Below, piece after piece: positions 22,342-34,669 of a DNA stretch of 64,000 bases; the first letter of the stretch is position 1, and each line of letters opens with the position of its first letter. Source of the stretch: Perkinsus chesapeaki ATCC PRA-425. Taxonomy: Eukaryota; Protista; Perkinsozoa. Both the position numbers and the translations under genes were made by a program. The stretch covers positions 1 to 64,000 of the forward strand of contig JAAPAO010000078.1 in assembly GCA_013115145.1 (NCBI GenBank). Reading direction: 5' to 3'. The notes beneath the pieces are model-generated. The model was not told the DNA's origin. It saw only the letters and a program-made list of their open reading frames with translations, and did not search any database.

Positions 22342-25300
22342 TCAGATTTCATCAACCCTCGGCAGAAAGCTCAGCCGAAGCCCTCTTACCAGATTCCCAA
22401 AAAAACCCTTCGACTGATGATGATGACGCTGTTGCTGTTGTTGATGTGATCCAGATGGCGAGGCATATACCCCCGGCGGAGGTGCTGGAGGGGTCCCTCC
22501 TCCCCTCTGCTGCGACATCCTTTCCATCTGCCCAGGTCGGCCCGCCCCCCTCTGGTGGTGGTTGCCCGGTGCACTATTCCCTGTATCGTCGGAATCGCCT
22601 CCTCGACTGTTGCGGTGGAACGGCAAAGAAAAAGTCATTGGTTTTGATAATACAGATGGTGAAAGTGTACAGTAACTTGATCAGAAATTGGTCTGCACTA
22701 AACTCCAACTCGCCAGGTAACCGATGACAGAAATGCTTTCAAGGAACTGGGCTGGTCACAAATCAAAAATATCATTTTTGCTCCTCCGAATTCTCGCTCT
22801 TCGAGTTCACCGCTTTCGGACTTTCTATACCGTCATCTCCAACAAGATCGATAGAATCATTCATATTGCTCCCTTCCACAGTATCTACCCCACAGCTAGA
22901 GGTGTCAGAAAAGCATCTAGTGCTACTACTACCTGCCCCGAAGGGATCCCCTTTCCAGGCATCACCGGCCTCCCCCGGCACTTCATCTGTCGGCCATCCC
23001 TCGGGCGTTGATGAACCAGCCACCCATTTGGTATCCGCGACTGTGGGGGACGTGACCCAGCCAGAGCTCTCAGGCGGCCACCCTGCTACAACCGGTTCTC
23101 CGCTTTTTCCATCAGAATCTCCCCCTCCCCCTCCAGGCCAGACCGCATTTACTGGTGACTCCGCCCAATCACTCGTCACCGGTCCCGGCCACTCAGGTGT
23201 AGGAGATCTCCCTCTTGGTGATGCATCGTGGTGCGAGCCAGCTTGAAAGAACTCAGGAGAGTCGAAGGAGTCATCGCCGAGCATCGCTCCCGTAGTAGTA
23301 GTTGAGGGGGTCGTAGTGGCAGATGCCGTCGATGCCACAACTGGTGGAAGAGAGGTCACTGGCACCCCTGGACCACGACCTACCAACAACAACGTATCTT
23401 CCATATCCGCAATTCCCATCGGTTATATAACTTGCCGTCACTACAGTCATTTTAATATATATATAATGAATGTTACTTTTGCCATCTGCGGCAAATCCAG
23501 GAGGGCTGGAAAATGCAGTCTATTACATCAGAATCAATATCTAATCACACTTATTATAATTACACTTATTGCAATATACACAATTATATGTCACATCACC
23601 ACTGGCATGAACCCTTTACCATCCGAAATGGCTCTAACACCATCGATTCCCGCCATTTCCCCTCGTCCGAACCTCCCCATTTCTATTGCCTATTACCCAT
23701 ATCCATCGACGTGGCCTCCTCGGGCACAATCCTCGGTACTGTTATCGATCCCCCCAGATCGAGCTTCATTTCACGACATAGTCGCCACCGAGACAAGTAG
23801 GCCTCAGCCGCCGACGATTCTAGATGAAGGAACTCAGGCGATGTGGATGACTGAAAAATCGCCACGAACCTCGGCGGAGCGAAGGCCGAAAAATATTCAC
23901 CTGCGTCACTAGTAGGAGTATTTCTGCCACCTGAGGTCGACATCTGACAGAAAAAAGTATTATCTAATCATAACAACAGCGGGATGAATGGAACCCACGA
24001 CCTCTGGCTTACAAGGACACACGCTCTACCGCTCCACCATTACTACCCCATTATTATTCCTTCATCTCCCGCTAAACACTTTTCAATCATCTCCTTCTCC
24101 CTCTTAATTGCCCCAATTATATCATCATCATCCCCCAATTCATGCATCGCTCCGCTAAGCTCTAATACCGAATTTGCCAACAATGAGCAAGCCGAATGCC
24201 TCCGCAGCATCGCCTCCATCGCAACCGTCAAAAACTCGACACCGACCAACTTATCCGGCCGATCGCACTCGCTCGAAAATATCCGATTCGAGCACGCCGC
24301 CATTGCTGTCATCACAAGACATACTACCTGTAAACCACCATATTAATTTAGTGGCGCGTGACTTTTCCCTTACCTCAGTTAGCAGTTCTACATCTTCCTC
24401 CTCCTCCCCTTTTTCATCTCCGCCCACAATGTCTGTCATTTCCTTCATCCGGCTGCCAACCGCACCCGCGATGACTCCACCAGGAGATGTCTCTGTCACC
24501 TCTGCCACAGGGAGGCCGATGCCACTAGGGGTAGATGCCTGCAGCATTATGATGCCAGAGCATAATATGGAGGATGACCAGGAGACATGCGACACAATTC
24601 TAGTAGCGGGAAGGCCACACATTTCTACTTCAAACATGACTCCCGGAAAATCCATTACTCACACAAATAAAAGCATTAGGACACTCAGACCGCAGTCCTA
24701 AAAGCTTTCTTAACCACTATGGAAGAAACGGAAAGATTCCCCGCGCAGAAAATGGAAGAAGACCACCACCGCCAAAGATACTTACCAATCGACAGCAGCC
24801 ATCGTCCTCCCCTTGGCTCTCCTCCTCCTCATCATCATCACTGCTCTCCTCAAGAGCATCATCTTCGCAAAATTTCAAAAAGAATAATAAACTTGTTACG
24901 ACATTCGCAGCCCCTCCCTTCACAGGGGTATCTTTCGGCAGCGTCCCCGACACTATTCGACCTATTAACCTATCAATCTCATCAAGGAGGCCATTCGCCA
25001 ACTCTGGCACATACACTTGGTGCACATCCTCCGACGGGGAGCGATCTGATAATACCGACAACACTGTTAAGGATTGCTGTATCGATTAAATCAATAATCA
25101 AATTTGATTTGGTATTCACTGAAGTTCTATCCATTCACAACATCTTATAATATCGTCCTCATCTCCACCTCGGATTCCCCCCATACTCCAAAACCGAGGC
25201 AAATGGCACGGCTACGGTGAGTTACCAGCGAACTTCAAGTACAACCACAGATGGGCTCCAGGTGTTTATGAGAAGACCGCGCGCCCCAAAATCTCTCCAT

Positions 25301-26823
25301 CTCCAAGGTACGGGCTTTGGTACCACGAAGAGAGTTTCATGCGAGTCTTGAACCAACCAATACCGGACTGAATAACGCCAAAGAACCGAGACACATCCGC
25401 TCAAAATCGATTTTATACAAAATAGCTGTCACGTTATACTTACAGCATAACAGTTTCTGCAACAGCTCAGCACAGTTACGGGACACTTCTTCTCTGCCAG
25501 GCGCTTTGTCACAAATAACATCCACAAAGTCACGCGCCGTTAAATTACCAAATGGTACCTACGAAAGATACGCTCTTTAAATTCTTCCGAGTGCGCACCT
25601 ACCGCATTTTTATCCGAAGTTAAAAGCAAGTTGTATAGCATTTCGCAAGTAGACATATCATAAAGCAACGAGAGCAACGACGGTTTCAAGGATTCCTCCA
25701 TGCCCCCTAAAGCACGGGTCAACCTAAGATACGTCCAAACCTCCTACTGCATATTTTCGCCACATCTACCGGTCGCTTCTCAAAGATTGCCTGACAAGAA
25801 ATATTTTCCCGCCGAAATTGCATCTTACGCTGATCGCTCGGGACATGTAGCCTGCAATGACACAATTGAGAGCCTTTCCGGTTTGTGACGCCGTGACGTA
25901 CTGAAACAACAACAAGTCACTCGACGACCATCGGGACAATTCTGATGAGGAGAGCCGAACTGATCGACCGCACTAAAATCTAGGGTTGAACACGAGGGAA
26001 TGGTGATTCGCGTTTGGACGGGATCTTAAGGATGAGCCTCAGCCGACCCTTTCGTGACACGAGTCTTGTGCGCATCGCCGTCGAGTACGATGTCACCTGT
26101 AGGATCCGCGCACGAGATGGCGCGCCGCGCAACCAATTTTACAATGTCCATATGACAGTGAAAGACGTTTAATGAAGTCGGTAAAGCAAAGAGAAAGCTA
26201 CGCCGTCTCCTAGTAGTCCTCCTATAGAGCAACCTTCTTCTTACCGCTTTAAAAAGATTTCCCAATGCTGACTCTCCAGTGGAAACATCTTCATGGACCC
26301 ATGCATCCAGAAACGTATCATTTTCGCAACTTATAAGCTCAACGCATATATACGGGAGAACGTACTTTCCTGAAAGTGACTTTAGCGAAGCGAAGCGTTG
26401 CATGTTTACCGATTTTACGATCCAGACCCACCCCCTACCTACGAGTGTCGGACGCTCCATCTGGCGGCATTTCCGTTAGTATTTTAACCATACTCTGCAG
26501 ACTAGACTGAAAAAATATCTTTTCCGACCTCTCACAGAAAAAACCTGCTTCAACCTAAGATACCCCCTACTACCTTTTCACACAATCTGTCTACCAGCTT
26601 GCTAGACCCTGCTCTGAGCTCCTGAACGACTTCATCTGAGCTCAGTATTTCCTAACATTTCCATAACCACTCATCATTTTCCATCCACTACTTCAATTGA
26701 TGATTTATTTCCTTTATCCAGCAAATCATCCAGCCTGCTGAAGGATGACCCGCAACCGTGCAGCCAGCTGTTACCCCGGGAAGCTTTAGTCGAGAAAAAC
26801 GATCCAGCCCCGACGTACTCCAT
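22342..26823 (-). CDS. SIT4-phosphatase-associated (SAPS) / PP6 regulatory subunit-like protein, multi-exon
   Basis: N-terminal SRLDDLLDKG...EILSSDEVVQELRAGSSKLVDRL and KYVLPYICVELISCE match the SAPS N-terminal pattern; low-complexity C-terminal tail. Confidence 0.7.
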
Positions 26824-27290
26824 AGAAGAGGAGGAAACAACAAAAGTAACGACAACTACAAATAATACTATTATTTACCAGGGCTCAGGATGTATCACCA
26901 CTAATTGAAAGCCCAGGCCTGATGACACTTTTTTGACAGGGTCGCGGAGGCTACACCACATAGACGACTTCAAAGTGCCCCCGTCCACTGTAGCAAAGAC
27001 GCCACAGTACTTTTCAATATATCTAAAGGAGTAATAAAATATTATTTGTCAAACAAACCGGGTGAAATAGCAAACCACCGACACATTTAGAAGAACGAAA
27101 AAGCGTTAACGTGAATGCAACGGCAAGTCATAATAAATAAGTTGATAGGCGGAGGGTCAAATGTTATAATAAGATCACTCTATAGAGGATTAGTTCCAAA
27201 AACAAAAACTGTGGACCGCTTAAGTATCTACGAAAGACTCAACAAAACATCTGCCTTCTCGAGAAACCAAATAATTGTAGGAATCAATCT

Positions 27291-28673
27291 CTACGCCGCC
27301 TTGACCATTTTCGGTTCGTGTTTTCCGGTCTTGCATTTCGGTAGTGCCATAAAATCATCCCAATCATAGCTCCGTGCACCGCAGCATGACCACTCCTTCT
27401 TCAAGTCGTGGAAAACTGGCCTAAAATGCACCCCATGGGACTCGAACCCAAGCCAGTGGCTTCCCGTAAAGCGGCTGCATGCTCTACTGCTCCACTATTC
27501 CTCCAGTAGATTACTTCCCATCATGATAGTGGCAGCAACCTTCCACGTTATCCTCTGGATCATACTCCTTTCCGCAGCCAACGTGACAGCAGCGATATTT
27601 ACCAGACGGTGTAACCTAAGCCACATTCTTCACAGTGCGCAAAAGACTCCACCACAAATTATTCACAGTGCGCAAAAGATTCTACCACAAATTATTCACA
27701 GTGCGCAATCCTCCGAAGATCCCCCCATTACAAGCGGTTTCATTTCGACCTGCGGCTTTTCCTCAACCTTCTCCACTGACAAGGCCGGAGCTGGAGTATC
27801 TAAGGTCGAAGCCATCCGTCTGGACTATGAGCTCACAAAGATACTCTTGCTCTCCTTCTCAGTTGTGTCTATTCTAACAGGTGCAGACGACGGCATGGTC
27901 ACCAAGCCGCTCGAATTAGTATCTATCCGTTGTGGGGTAGATGACTGTACTGATGCTGCCTGATCCTCAGCTTTGGCTTGACCAACACCTGAAATGCATC
28001 CACTGGGAATCGAACCCACGACCTTCAGCTTGTAATCCGCATTGCACACAGAAAACTTCGGCCTATGTTTTTGGATCCCTCCTCTGCGTTCCCGTACATA
28101 TTCATCGAGCAATTCGCGCAGCTCAGCCGAGGACGCTCCCTTCGTACAACACAATCGGATTGTGTTGTTGTGTTGTGACAATCCCAACACTAGCCAGTGG
28201 CTAGTAGCCACCAATTCTATGCGAATTTAATAACGAAACTTCACAGCCCCACTGCTGAAAGATATTCCACCCTATTACCCGGCTTCACTGGTTTAACATC
28301 CGTATGCTCCCCAACTGCACACCCCGGAATCTGCATGAACTCATCCCAGTCATACTTTACTGCCTGCCATCCACAAATCTTACACTAACCTCGCTATAAC
28401 CCCACCTACCCCACAGCACGTCCATGTCTTTTTTATATCTTGGAACACGGGCCACCCTGGATGATACCGACATGCCTCAGGACCGTTGGTCGCATCAGTA
28501 TACCTATTCACCACATCACCAAAGCTCACACAACCATCCTATCACTTTTTACCGCACCCGTGGTGCCGACATGTCTTAACAACTTCACTGCTATCAGTCA
28601 TTATTCAACAGGAACTGTAAAACCCGAAACCCAAAACCCGAAACCCGAAAATAAAACCCGACAAGTGATCCAT
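27291..28673 (-). CDS. Protein with two CHORD zinc-binding domains (multi-exon)
   Basis: CRYHPGWPVFQDIKKTWTCCG...FMQIPGCAVGEH and CCHVGCGKEYDPEDNVEGCCHYHDGK|PVFHDLKKEWSCCG...FMALPKCKTGKH. Start is tentative. Confidence 0.85.
27421..27514 (-). other. 94-nt intron ending in a tRNA 3' end plus oligo-T (sense)
   Basis: ...TAGAGCA...TTGG-GTTCGAGT-CCCATGGGGTGCA-TTTT-AG; removal restores CHORD HDGKPVFHD. Confidence 0.82.
27629..27708 (+). repeat. 33-bp tandem repeat (about 2.4 copies) in a CHORD gene intron
   Basis: TTCACAGTGCGCAAAAGA starts at 27629 and 27662; the partial third copy starts at 27695. Confidence 0.9.
27989..28045 (-). other. Intron 3' end made of a tRNA-Val(TAC)-like fragment plus oligo-T (sense); donor not fixed
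   Basis: atTACaa-GCTGA-AGGTC-GTGG-GTTCGATT-CCCAGTGGATGCA-TTT-CAG|GT. Confidence 0.65.
28619..28660 (-). repeat. Short interstitial telomere-like tract (TTTCGGG/TTTTGGG variants)
   Basis: + strand aaaacccg aaaccc aaaacccg aaacccg aaaat aaaacccg, inside the putative first CHORD intron. Confidence 0.55.
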
Positions 28674-28769
28674 GAGTAAGAAACCGTAAACTGGACACGT
28701 CTCTTGCCTATGACGCCTCATCGGTTAGTGGTAAAGGAGACAACAACAGCAGCAAGCGAGGACCGCTTT

Positions 28770-30428
28770 TCAATTTTCAAACTTAGAGTTAGGAGTCTTC
28801 GGACTCGCCATTATTTTCATTCTTTCCTCCCCCATGCTATCCCCACTCTTTGGTGCGCTCAACAGACTCTCTGTGAACGTGAATTTCTCCTCTTTTGGGA
28901 CCTGAAAAATACCTTTACCAGGATTCGAACCCGCGACCTCTTACCAATTTCAACAACGGTAATCGCATGACCAGTGCGACCAAATAAATATACGCCGTCA
29001 CCACAAACGTGTAACGATAATCATGATTATCCATCAAATACCCCCCAATAACAGCCGAGCCAGACCAAGTCATCGACGACAGAGACTCCAAAGCATTCCA
29101 CCTGCCACGTTGATGAGATGGCACGAAGTCCATAATAATCGATCTATCTACCGGATAGATAGCATTCTGCACCGCACCACGGATCAGAAAAGTAAAGACG
29201 ACCGCCGGCAGCCATCTGACCCAGGCCAGACAGAACAGGCATATCACACCCATTGACGAGAAAAGTATCCCAGCTTGGACTCGACCGATGTGATTAGCAA
29301 CTTTATCACAAAACCAAGTGAACAAGCCAAATGTTAGGCCGTAAAATGCCCACAGTAGCTGCACTTGAGTTGGACTGAAATTGTAGTCGTTCTTGAAGAA
29401 TAGAGGGAAGAACTTCACTGTCATTCCAGCTCCTATACAAGTGATAAAATCATTGGCACACATCAGATAAGGAATCGTCCATGTCCATTTAGACGTAACT
29501 TTCCTGTGCACGCGTCCACCTAAGATTCATACAGCTTCTCAACAATCTATGTAATATTCCCTATCACCTTCACGGTTGCCGCTGTTGCCGCCGAGGCCAT
29601 CCTCATGGCTCACATCTGTCCATCCAAACAAGAATAAATTAGCCGGTATAAAGCCCAGGAAGCCAATAATCAACACCGTATGCAGCACACTGAGCCTCCA
29701 TGCATTCCCAAAGTAAACAAACAGGAAGAGCCCGATGAATGGACCGATTCCCGAGGCTAGCTGATTCACCACAGAGGCCCAGGTCAGCCACTTGGCTCTG
29801 TGGCCTTGAGGGATCGAGTCCGCGAAAAGGGAATATGTTGCGCAGTTTTGGGTGGCGAAATAACCACCGGCAACGGCGAGTGCAAAACATAAAACTATAA
29901 TCTGAAGAAGATATCTTCTGGAGGTCTTATGTGCACGCTTCGAGCTAAGATGCCATGATCATCCCCGTTATTACGTTATCGAAGTGTATTCCGTATATTG
30001 ATAGAGCAACCATCACCAGTGATGCCCATCCGCATAAGCGACAAATCCGAGCTCGAGAGAATCTTTTAAAAAATATCCGACCTAAGATACCATCTGCATT
30101 AGCCTACTTATCAACCAAGATTCCTGCGGGTATGGCCGCAATGACCTGACTCAACCCAGAAATAGATTCAGCCCAACCGACAGCTTTATTGGAATCACCA
30201 GCCATCACGTAAAGGTAGGCGTCAAATATACCCATTTGGGCGATAGCTTGACAAATACCTTGAAGAGCTGAGAACCTAAAGAGTATCTATGTCGACCGTG
30301 CAAGATACAAAATAGGTTGATGTCTACATCAACATGTGATAAATGTTCTTCTTGCATGCCTTTTCAAAGTCCTCTTTATCTGTTATTGGAGATAAGACTT
30401 GATGTCCCAGATGATTGGTAGTGGGCAT
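28770..30428 (-). CDS. Major facilitator superfamily transporter (multi-exon)
   Basis: Multiple TM helices; motifs CDKVANHIGRV, DFVPSHQRGRWNALESL, IPAGILVDK. Confidence 0.85.
28902..28944 (-). other. 43-nt intron made of a tRNA 3' fragment plus oligo-T (sense)
   Basis: GTAAG-AGGTC-GCGG-GTTCGAAT-CCTGGTAAAGGTA-TTTTT-CAG; removal skips an in-frame stop and gives LPLLKL|VPKEEKF. Confidence 0.85.
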
Positions 30429-30439
30429 CCTCACAGAGA

Positions 30440-31900
30440 ATTATAGATACACTGCAAGAATAACAACAACCCCGATTACCCAACGCGCATGACTAGCAAC
30501 AAGCAGTACCGTGTCAGAATCGCTACGCCCCGGTAATCGATTATGGTTCGTGCCTGCTGCTGCACTGTGACAGCTAGAGAACGTGACAGTTGAATTGTCA
30601 TAGGCCAAGCGGACATCGTTCCGCTGATCGAGAATTATAGGTCTCACCGTATGCGGTAATCAACGAACACATCGTTCAACACTCACGGCATATACGCGAC
30701 AGTCCAACTTCCTTCTTAAATGGAGACACATTGTACACATGCCAACACCATGACTGCCTTATCAAGCATGAACAAACAGCTAGAAAAGGCGTGATCCATA
30801 AAATGGGTATTACCCTGAGAGTAATTGAAAACTGTCCGAATTTACGTATATTCCATATATCAGCAAAACCTCGTGGGCCCAGTGTGTTCATGTTCATTTT
30901 GAATTTATAAATCTAGCGTGGGCGCAATCGGCAAACAACCTTGAGGTGACATGGTACAAGGAAGTCTCACTGATGGTGATCATAATATCAATCCAATGCT
31001 CTCAATGGCAGGAGAGATAACGGTGACAATGGGCAGGAGAACAAAGCGAGGTACGCCTATGATGCCGCTCTTTGCAATTCCGAGACAGGCCTGCCGCCGT
31101 GTCAGTATCACCACCCGCCACCACGGTGTCACGGCCTTACTGGGTGATACTGTGAAGAAGGGTCCCAAGGGCTCTATACGATTTAGTGATTTTCGGACAG
31201 CCAATACAGGTCCGTAATAGAAATATAATCTTATACATCTGGTCCGGTTGTGTTCGTCATTACGTGCCAACTACAAAACGTCCCGCGGAAAAATGTAAGG
31301 ATCGAGGAATGGCAGAGTGGTTATGATCTCGCGACCGCTACTTACCCTACTAAATCTTTTTACGCCCAGTGGTTGTCACCCACTGCGATGTCACAAGGTA
31401 CGCAGTCGGTGGCACCGACTCGGTGCTGCATTCATACGAGGAGCTGAGACATATTTGCCAACATTTGTATTATCCAGACTGTGACTGTCGTTATTCCATG
31501 CCTCCTGGTATCAAAGAAAGCCAACAAGGGGTGACAGCCGATCACCCATTCTCGATGCCGCGAATGACAACACAACGCGCCTTTGTGAATGCTTGATAGG
31601 CTTCTCTAAGGCGTCGCTTCAGAGGAGATGTTCAGGCATTGGTGTGCAACAGTAGCGATATTCTTCCGAACGACCGGACTACAGAAGACATCAGTTTCAC
31701 AATGAATCATTCACTAAACCCAACTTCCAGACACCTAAGGTTCCCTCACTTCAAGAGCGCGACTGTGACTACTTTTCCCTCAGACTTGGAATTGTCCTGC
31801 CAAGGTATATTTTACTGGAACATGCATCGTTATACCGCTGGACTTTGTTGGGCTGACTCTTACTTGGCGAGCAGGGATTCCAGACAAAAGCTACATCGTC
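30440..31900 (-). CDS. Possible multi-exon membrane protein (not resolved)
   Basis: Hydrophobic ORF fragments (RVIPILWITPFLAVCSC, HARWVIGVVVILAV) between splice-like signals. Confidence 0.3.
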
Positions 31901-32238
31901 ATCAATGATAACGTATCAATTCTGGCATCTTCAGGGAATTGTAAAAGTTCGGTGCCATTCCTTAATTCGACAGTCGGCTTCCAGTGCTCTCCCGAGAAAA
32001 AGGCTCCACGCAGTTCTCAGTGGAGAGGAAGCTGTCACACACATCTTCAATAATCATCAACCCCCATAATCATTGCGCGTCTGCGAGGTGATACTCGCGG
32101 TATCATTCTTGACCGTCGTGATTAAGACGGGTTAAAGGGTTAGAGGTTGGGTTACGGATCACTCGTCTTCGTCCACGTAGAGGAATTCCGAAAAAAATAC
32201 CACGGAGCACTGGGAATGGTTCCCGCGGCTCCCACCCG

Positions 32239-32267
32239 TATTGTGGTCTTAGGCTAAGACCACAATA
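32239..32267. repeat. Perfect inverted repeat, 14-bp arms, 1-nt loop
   Basis: TATTGTGGTCTTAG-G-CTAAGACCACAATA. Confidence 0.95.
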
Positions 32268-32507
32268 TTAAGTCGCAGTTAAGCCATTTTACTGCGAAGC
32301 TTGGATGCCTTCTAGAAAGAAGGGCGATCGACACGGTACATCATAGAGCCCGGGTATGGAAGATGAAACTTTCGTCATGAAAGGCCTATTCCCCGAGAGA
32401 CAAGATCTCCGGGACCCTGAATTCTACACGAAGTTCTCGTCAGGAACCACAGCCCAGGTTACTCTCGAGCTTCAATCCACTCACCAACTCAAGCTTTCGG
32501 CCTATCA

Positions 32508-33251
32508 ATGAGATCTACATCAACTTGGTTATTGGCAGCTGCTTATATTATCATCGCCGCTGCAGCTCAGCCAGTGGGAAGATATGTTTATGCTGAAGAA
32601 AACGGTGCCTACACCCTCGCCTTCGACATCGATGAGGATAAGCGCGCCAGAATCAATTTCACTTCCCCTTTCGGTAGTTACTCCGAGGGTTCATACCCGT
32701 TGGTGAAGGAAAACTCAAGCGCGTATACTATAAACTTCACCGGCAGAATCGAAGGAGCGGGCTACTGGTACCTACGAATCGGGTTACTCTACGAGGACTA
32801 CGCCTACCAACCTGGTGACTTAAGGACTTTGACGTTCACGGGCAGAAATTCTCTGTATGTTATATTTGGTGGTAAAAGACTCAACTTGGTTAGACAGGCC
32901 TTCGGCGTGCAACAGGGTACTTTTATCTACAGTTCTGAGGGTCTTCATATGAACTACACAATCCAGCAAATCCCCTTACTACTGCCATTCCGTTTGCTTT
33001 ATGTACAATTTCATTGTGATAACACTGCGATGCCACCTACGCCGTTCTTCCTCTTTGAGAACAATACGGCTCGTCCCTACAAATCCTACACTCTTTTTCC
33101 ACCGCCTGCCGGCTTACAGAGAGACGTCTCGAGGTTCTGTCTCAGAGACCGCCCTCTACTACCAAATGATCTGAGCTTCATCGTTTTTGCCACCGAGAAG
33201 ACGATTACCATCAACATGATCGGCACGTACCTTTCGCTCACCAAGGTGTGA
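32508..33251 (+). CDS. Intronless secreted protein, 247 aa, apparent internal two-domain duplication
   Basis: Signal peptide MRSTSTWLLAAAYIIIAAAA-QPVGRY; both halves end with DL..L/I.F...L.L.R/K patterns. Confidence 0.8.
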   Translation: MRSTSTWLLAAAYIIIAAAAQPVGRYVYAEENGAYTLAFDIDEDKRARINFTSPFGSYSEGSYPLVKENSSAYTINFTGRIEGAGYWYLRIGLLYEDYAYQPGDLRTLTFTGRNSLYVIFGGKRLNLVRQAFGVQQGTFIYSSEGLHMNYTIQQIPLLLPFRLLYVQFHCDNTAMPPTPFFLFENNTARPYKSYTLFPPPAGLQRDVSRFCLRDRPLLPNDLSFIVFATEKTITINMIGTYLSLTKV

Positions 33252-34078
33252 ACAATACGTCTTGATGGCCTAGACACTTGAACTGCAACTCACTTGCGCG
33301 GCTGCTGTTCTATCACTTATTAGATACAACGCTGTAGAAGGCTCTATTCTTTTGTTGCCATGAGATCTTTATCTTCTTAACTAACTGAATCCAGTGCTTG
33401 CGTCGTGTCAATGTTTTGTCGTTCAAAGAATCAGCCATATATTCCTCCTATGTCATCGTAGGTTTTCCACACTCCCTCAAAAGCGAATCATCGTCAGGTT
33501 ACTGGCATACAAAATAAGTGGGTTTTCTCTTAGTTCCCCATAGACTCGTATGGGCTAAACGACGAGTCGTGATCTGTACACTTAGTCCGCTCCTGGGCAT
33601 CACCCGTTTCCCTACTATTGTGTAAATGGCTGTCTGGCAACTAGACTCCAACGGGGGGAAATTCCGGCCCGTCAGGCGGCCGCCAGTGACGTGACATTAT
33701 TGGACCAATCCAATAACACGGTGTCTCCGGCACTCCAGTCCCCAAGTTTGTCTGGGAGCCTGAGATTTCTTGGGGTAAGCTAGATTATTATCACTTAAGT
33801 GCGACTGGAATAGATACATCGCTATGAGCCATTCCTGTCGGTACTGGGTGAATTGTACCGATTATCACAACACACATTGTCTATATGAAGATTATCCTGT
33901 CATAAGTTGTGACTCACAACGTTGCAGTTGCCCTGTTACTGGTGTAACGCAAAAGAGTATCTTAGGTGAAGAGTACAGAACAGAGAAGTGAACGACAGAT
34001 ACTTCTTACACCAATGTGCGGAGTCTTACATTGGTTTTCCAGCCTCTTTCACGGATAAACAAAGAGCATGCGTACAGA

Positions 34079-34146
34079 ACTGTGACAGCATGCTGTCACA
34101 GTGCTCAGAGCACAGTGCACAGTAGTCAGCAGTGCTAGCACTGCTG
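34079..34146. repeat. Two perfect palindromes (24 bp and 20 bp)
   Basis: ACTGTGACAGCATGCTGTCACAGT (34079-34102) and CAGCAGTGCTAGCACTGCTG (34127-34146). Confidence 0.95.
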
Positions 34147-34279
34147 TCTACTTGCTTATTTGCTCAATGACTGCCAAGACTATTTTGTCCTGGGGGCTAT
34201 ATGAGGATAGCCAATGCGATACCTGTAGAAACCATACTCTGGTAGTGTTCATAAGATTTGACGACTTGTTACCTCTTTA

Positions 34280-34669
34280 ATGAGATATCGTCTGAACTTC
34301 ATTTCCTACCTGGCCGTGATTATAATCTATGCGAAGTGTATATGTAAGGTTTATGGAGTGGCTCCGAACGGGAAGTATTGTAAGAAAGTTCCCCTAGTCT
34401 GCAAAGTCGAACTAACCTTTCATGGAAACACCTTCGATGTATCTGCTACTTATGGGCTCAAGAAAGGATCGGCTATGGGTATCCCTTATACCATGCCTAA
34501 CCCGGAAGTGGTGGAGATACCCATAAAGAACGAAGCTATTGTGAAGCTGTTTAATGATTTAAAGCCACCGGTGAAACTAGAGGAGCTACGATCCCTCGAG
34601 TATACTAAGAATAGATTAAAAGCTCACACGAGCAAAGGCAACATAGCCTTCAAGAAAGAGAGTTGCTGA
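34280..34669 (+). CDS. Small secreted protein, tandem family copy 1 (intronless)
   Basis: Signal peptide; P.G.YCKK, TFD..A.Y..KGSA...PYTMP.P, terminal Cys. Confidence 0.85.
   Translation: MRYRLNFISYLAVIIIYAKCICKVYGVAPNGKYCKKVPLVCKVELTFHGNTFDVSATYGLKKGSAMGIPYTMPNPEVVEIPIKNEAIVKLFNDLKPPVKLEELRSLEYTKNRLKAHTSKGNIAFKKESC

Noticed and set aside
21353-25150. Long + strand ORFs (21353, 22866, 23316, 24174, 24719)
   Set aside because: Antisense to minus-strand exons and G-rich introns; low-complexity translations.
32128-32155. GGGTTA-like telomeric tract
   Set aside because: Only 3-4 highly degenerate units.
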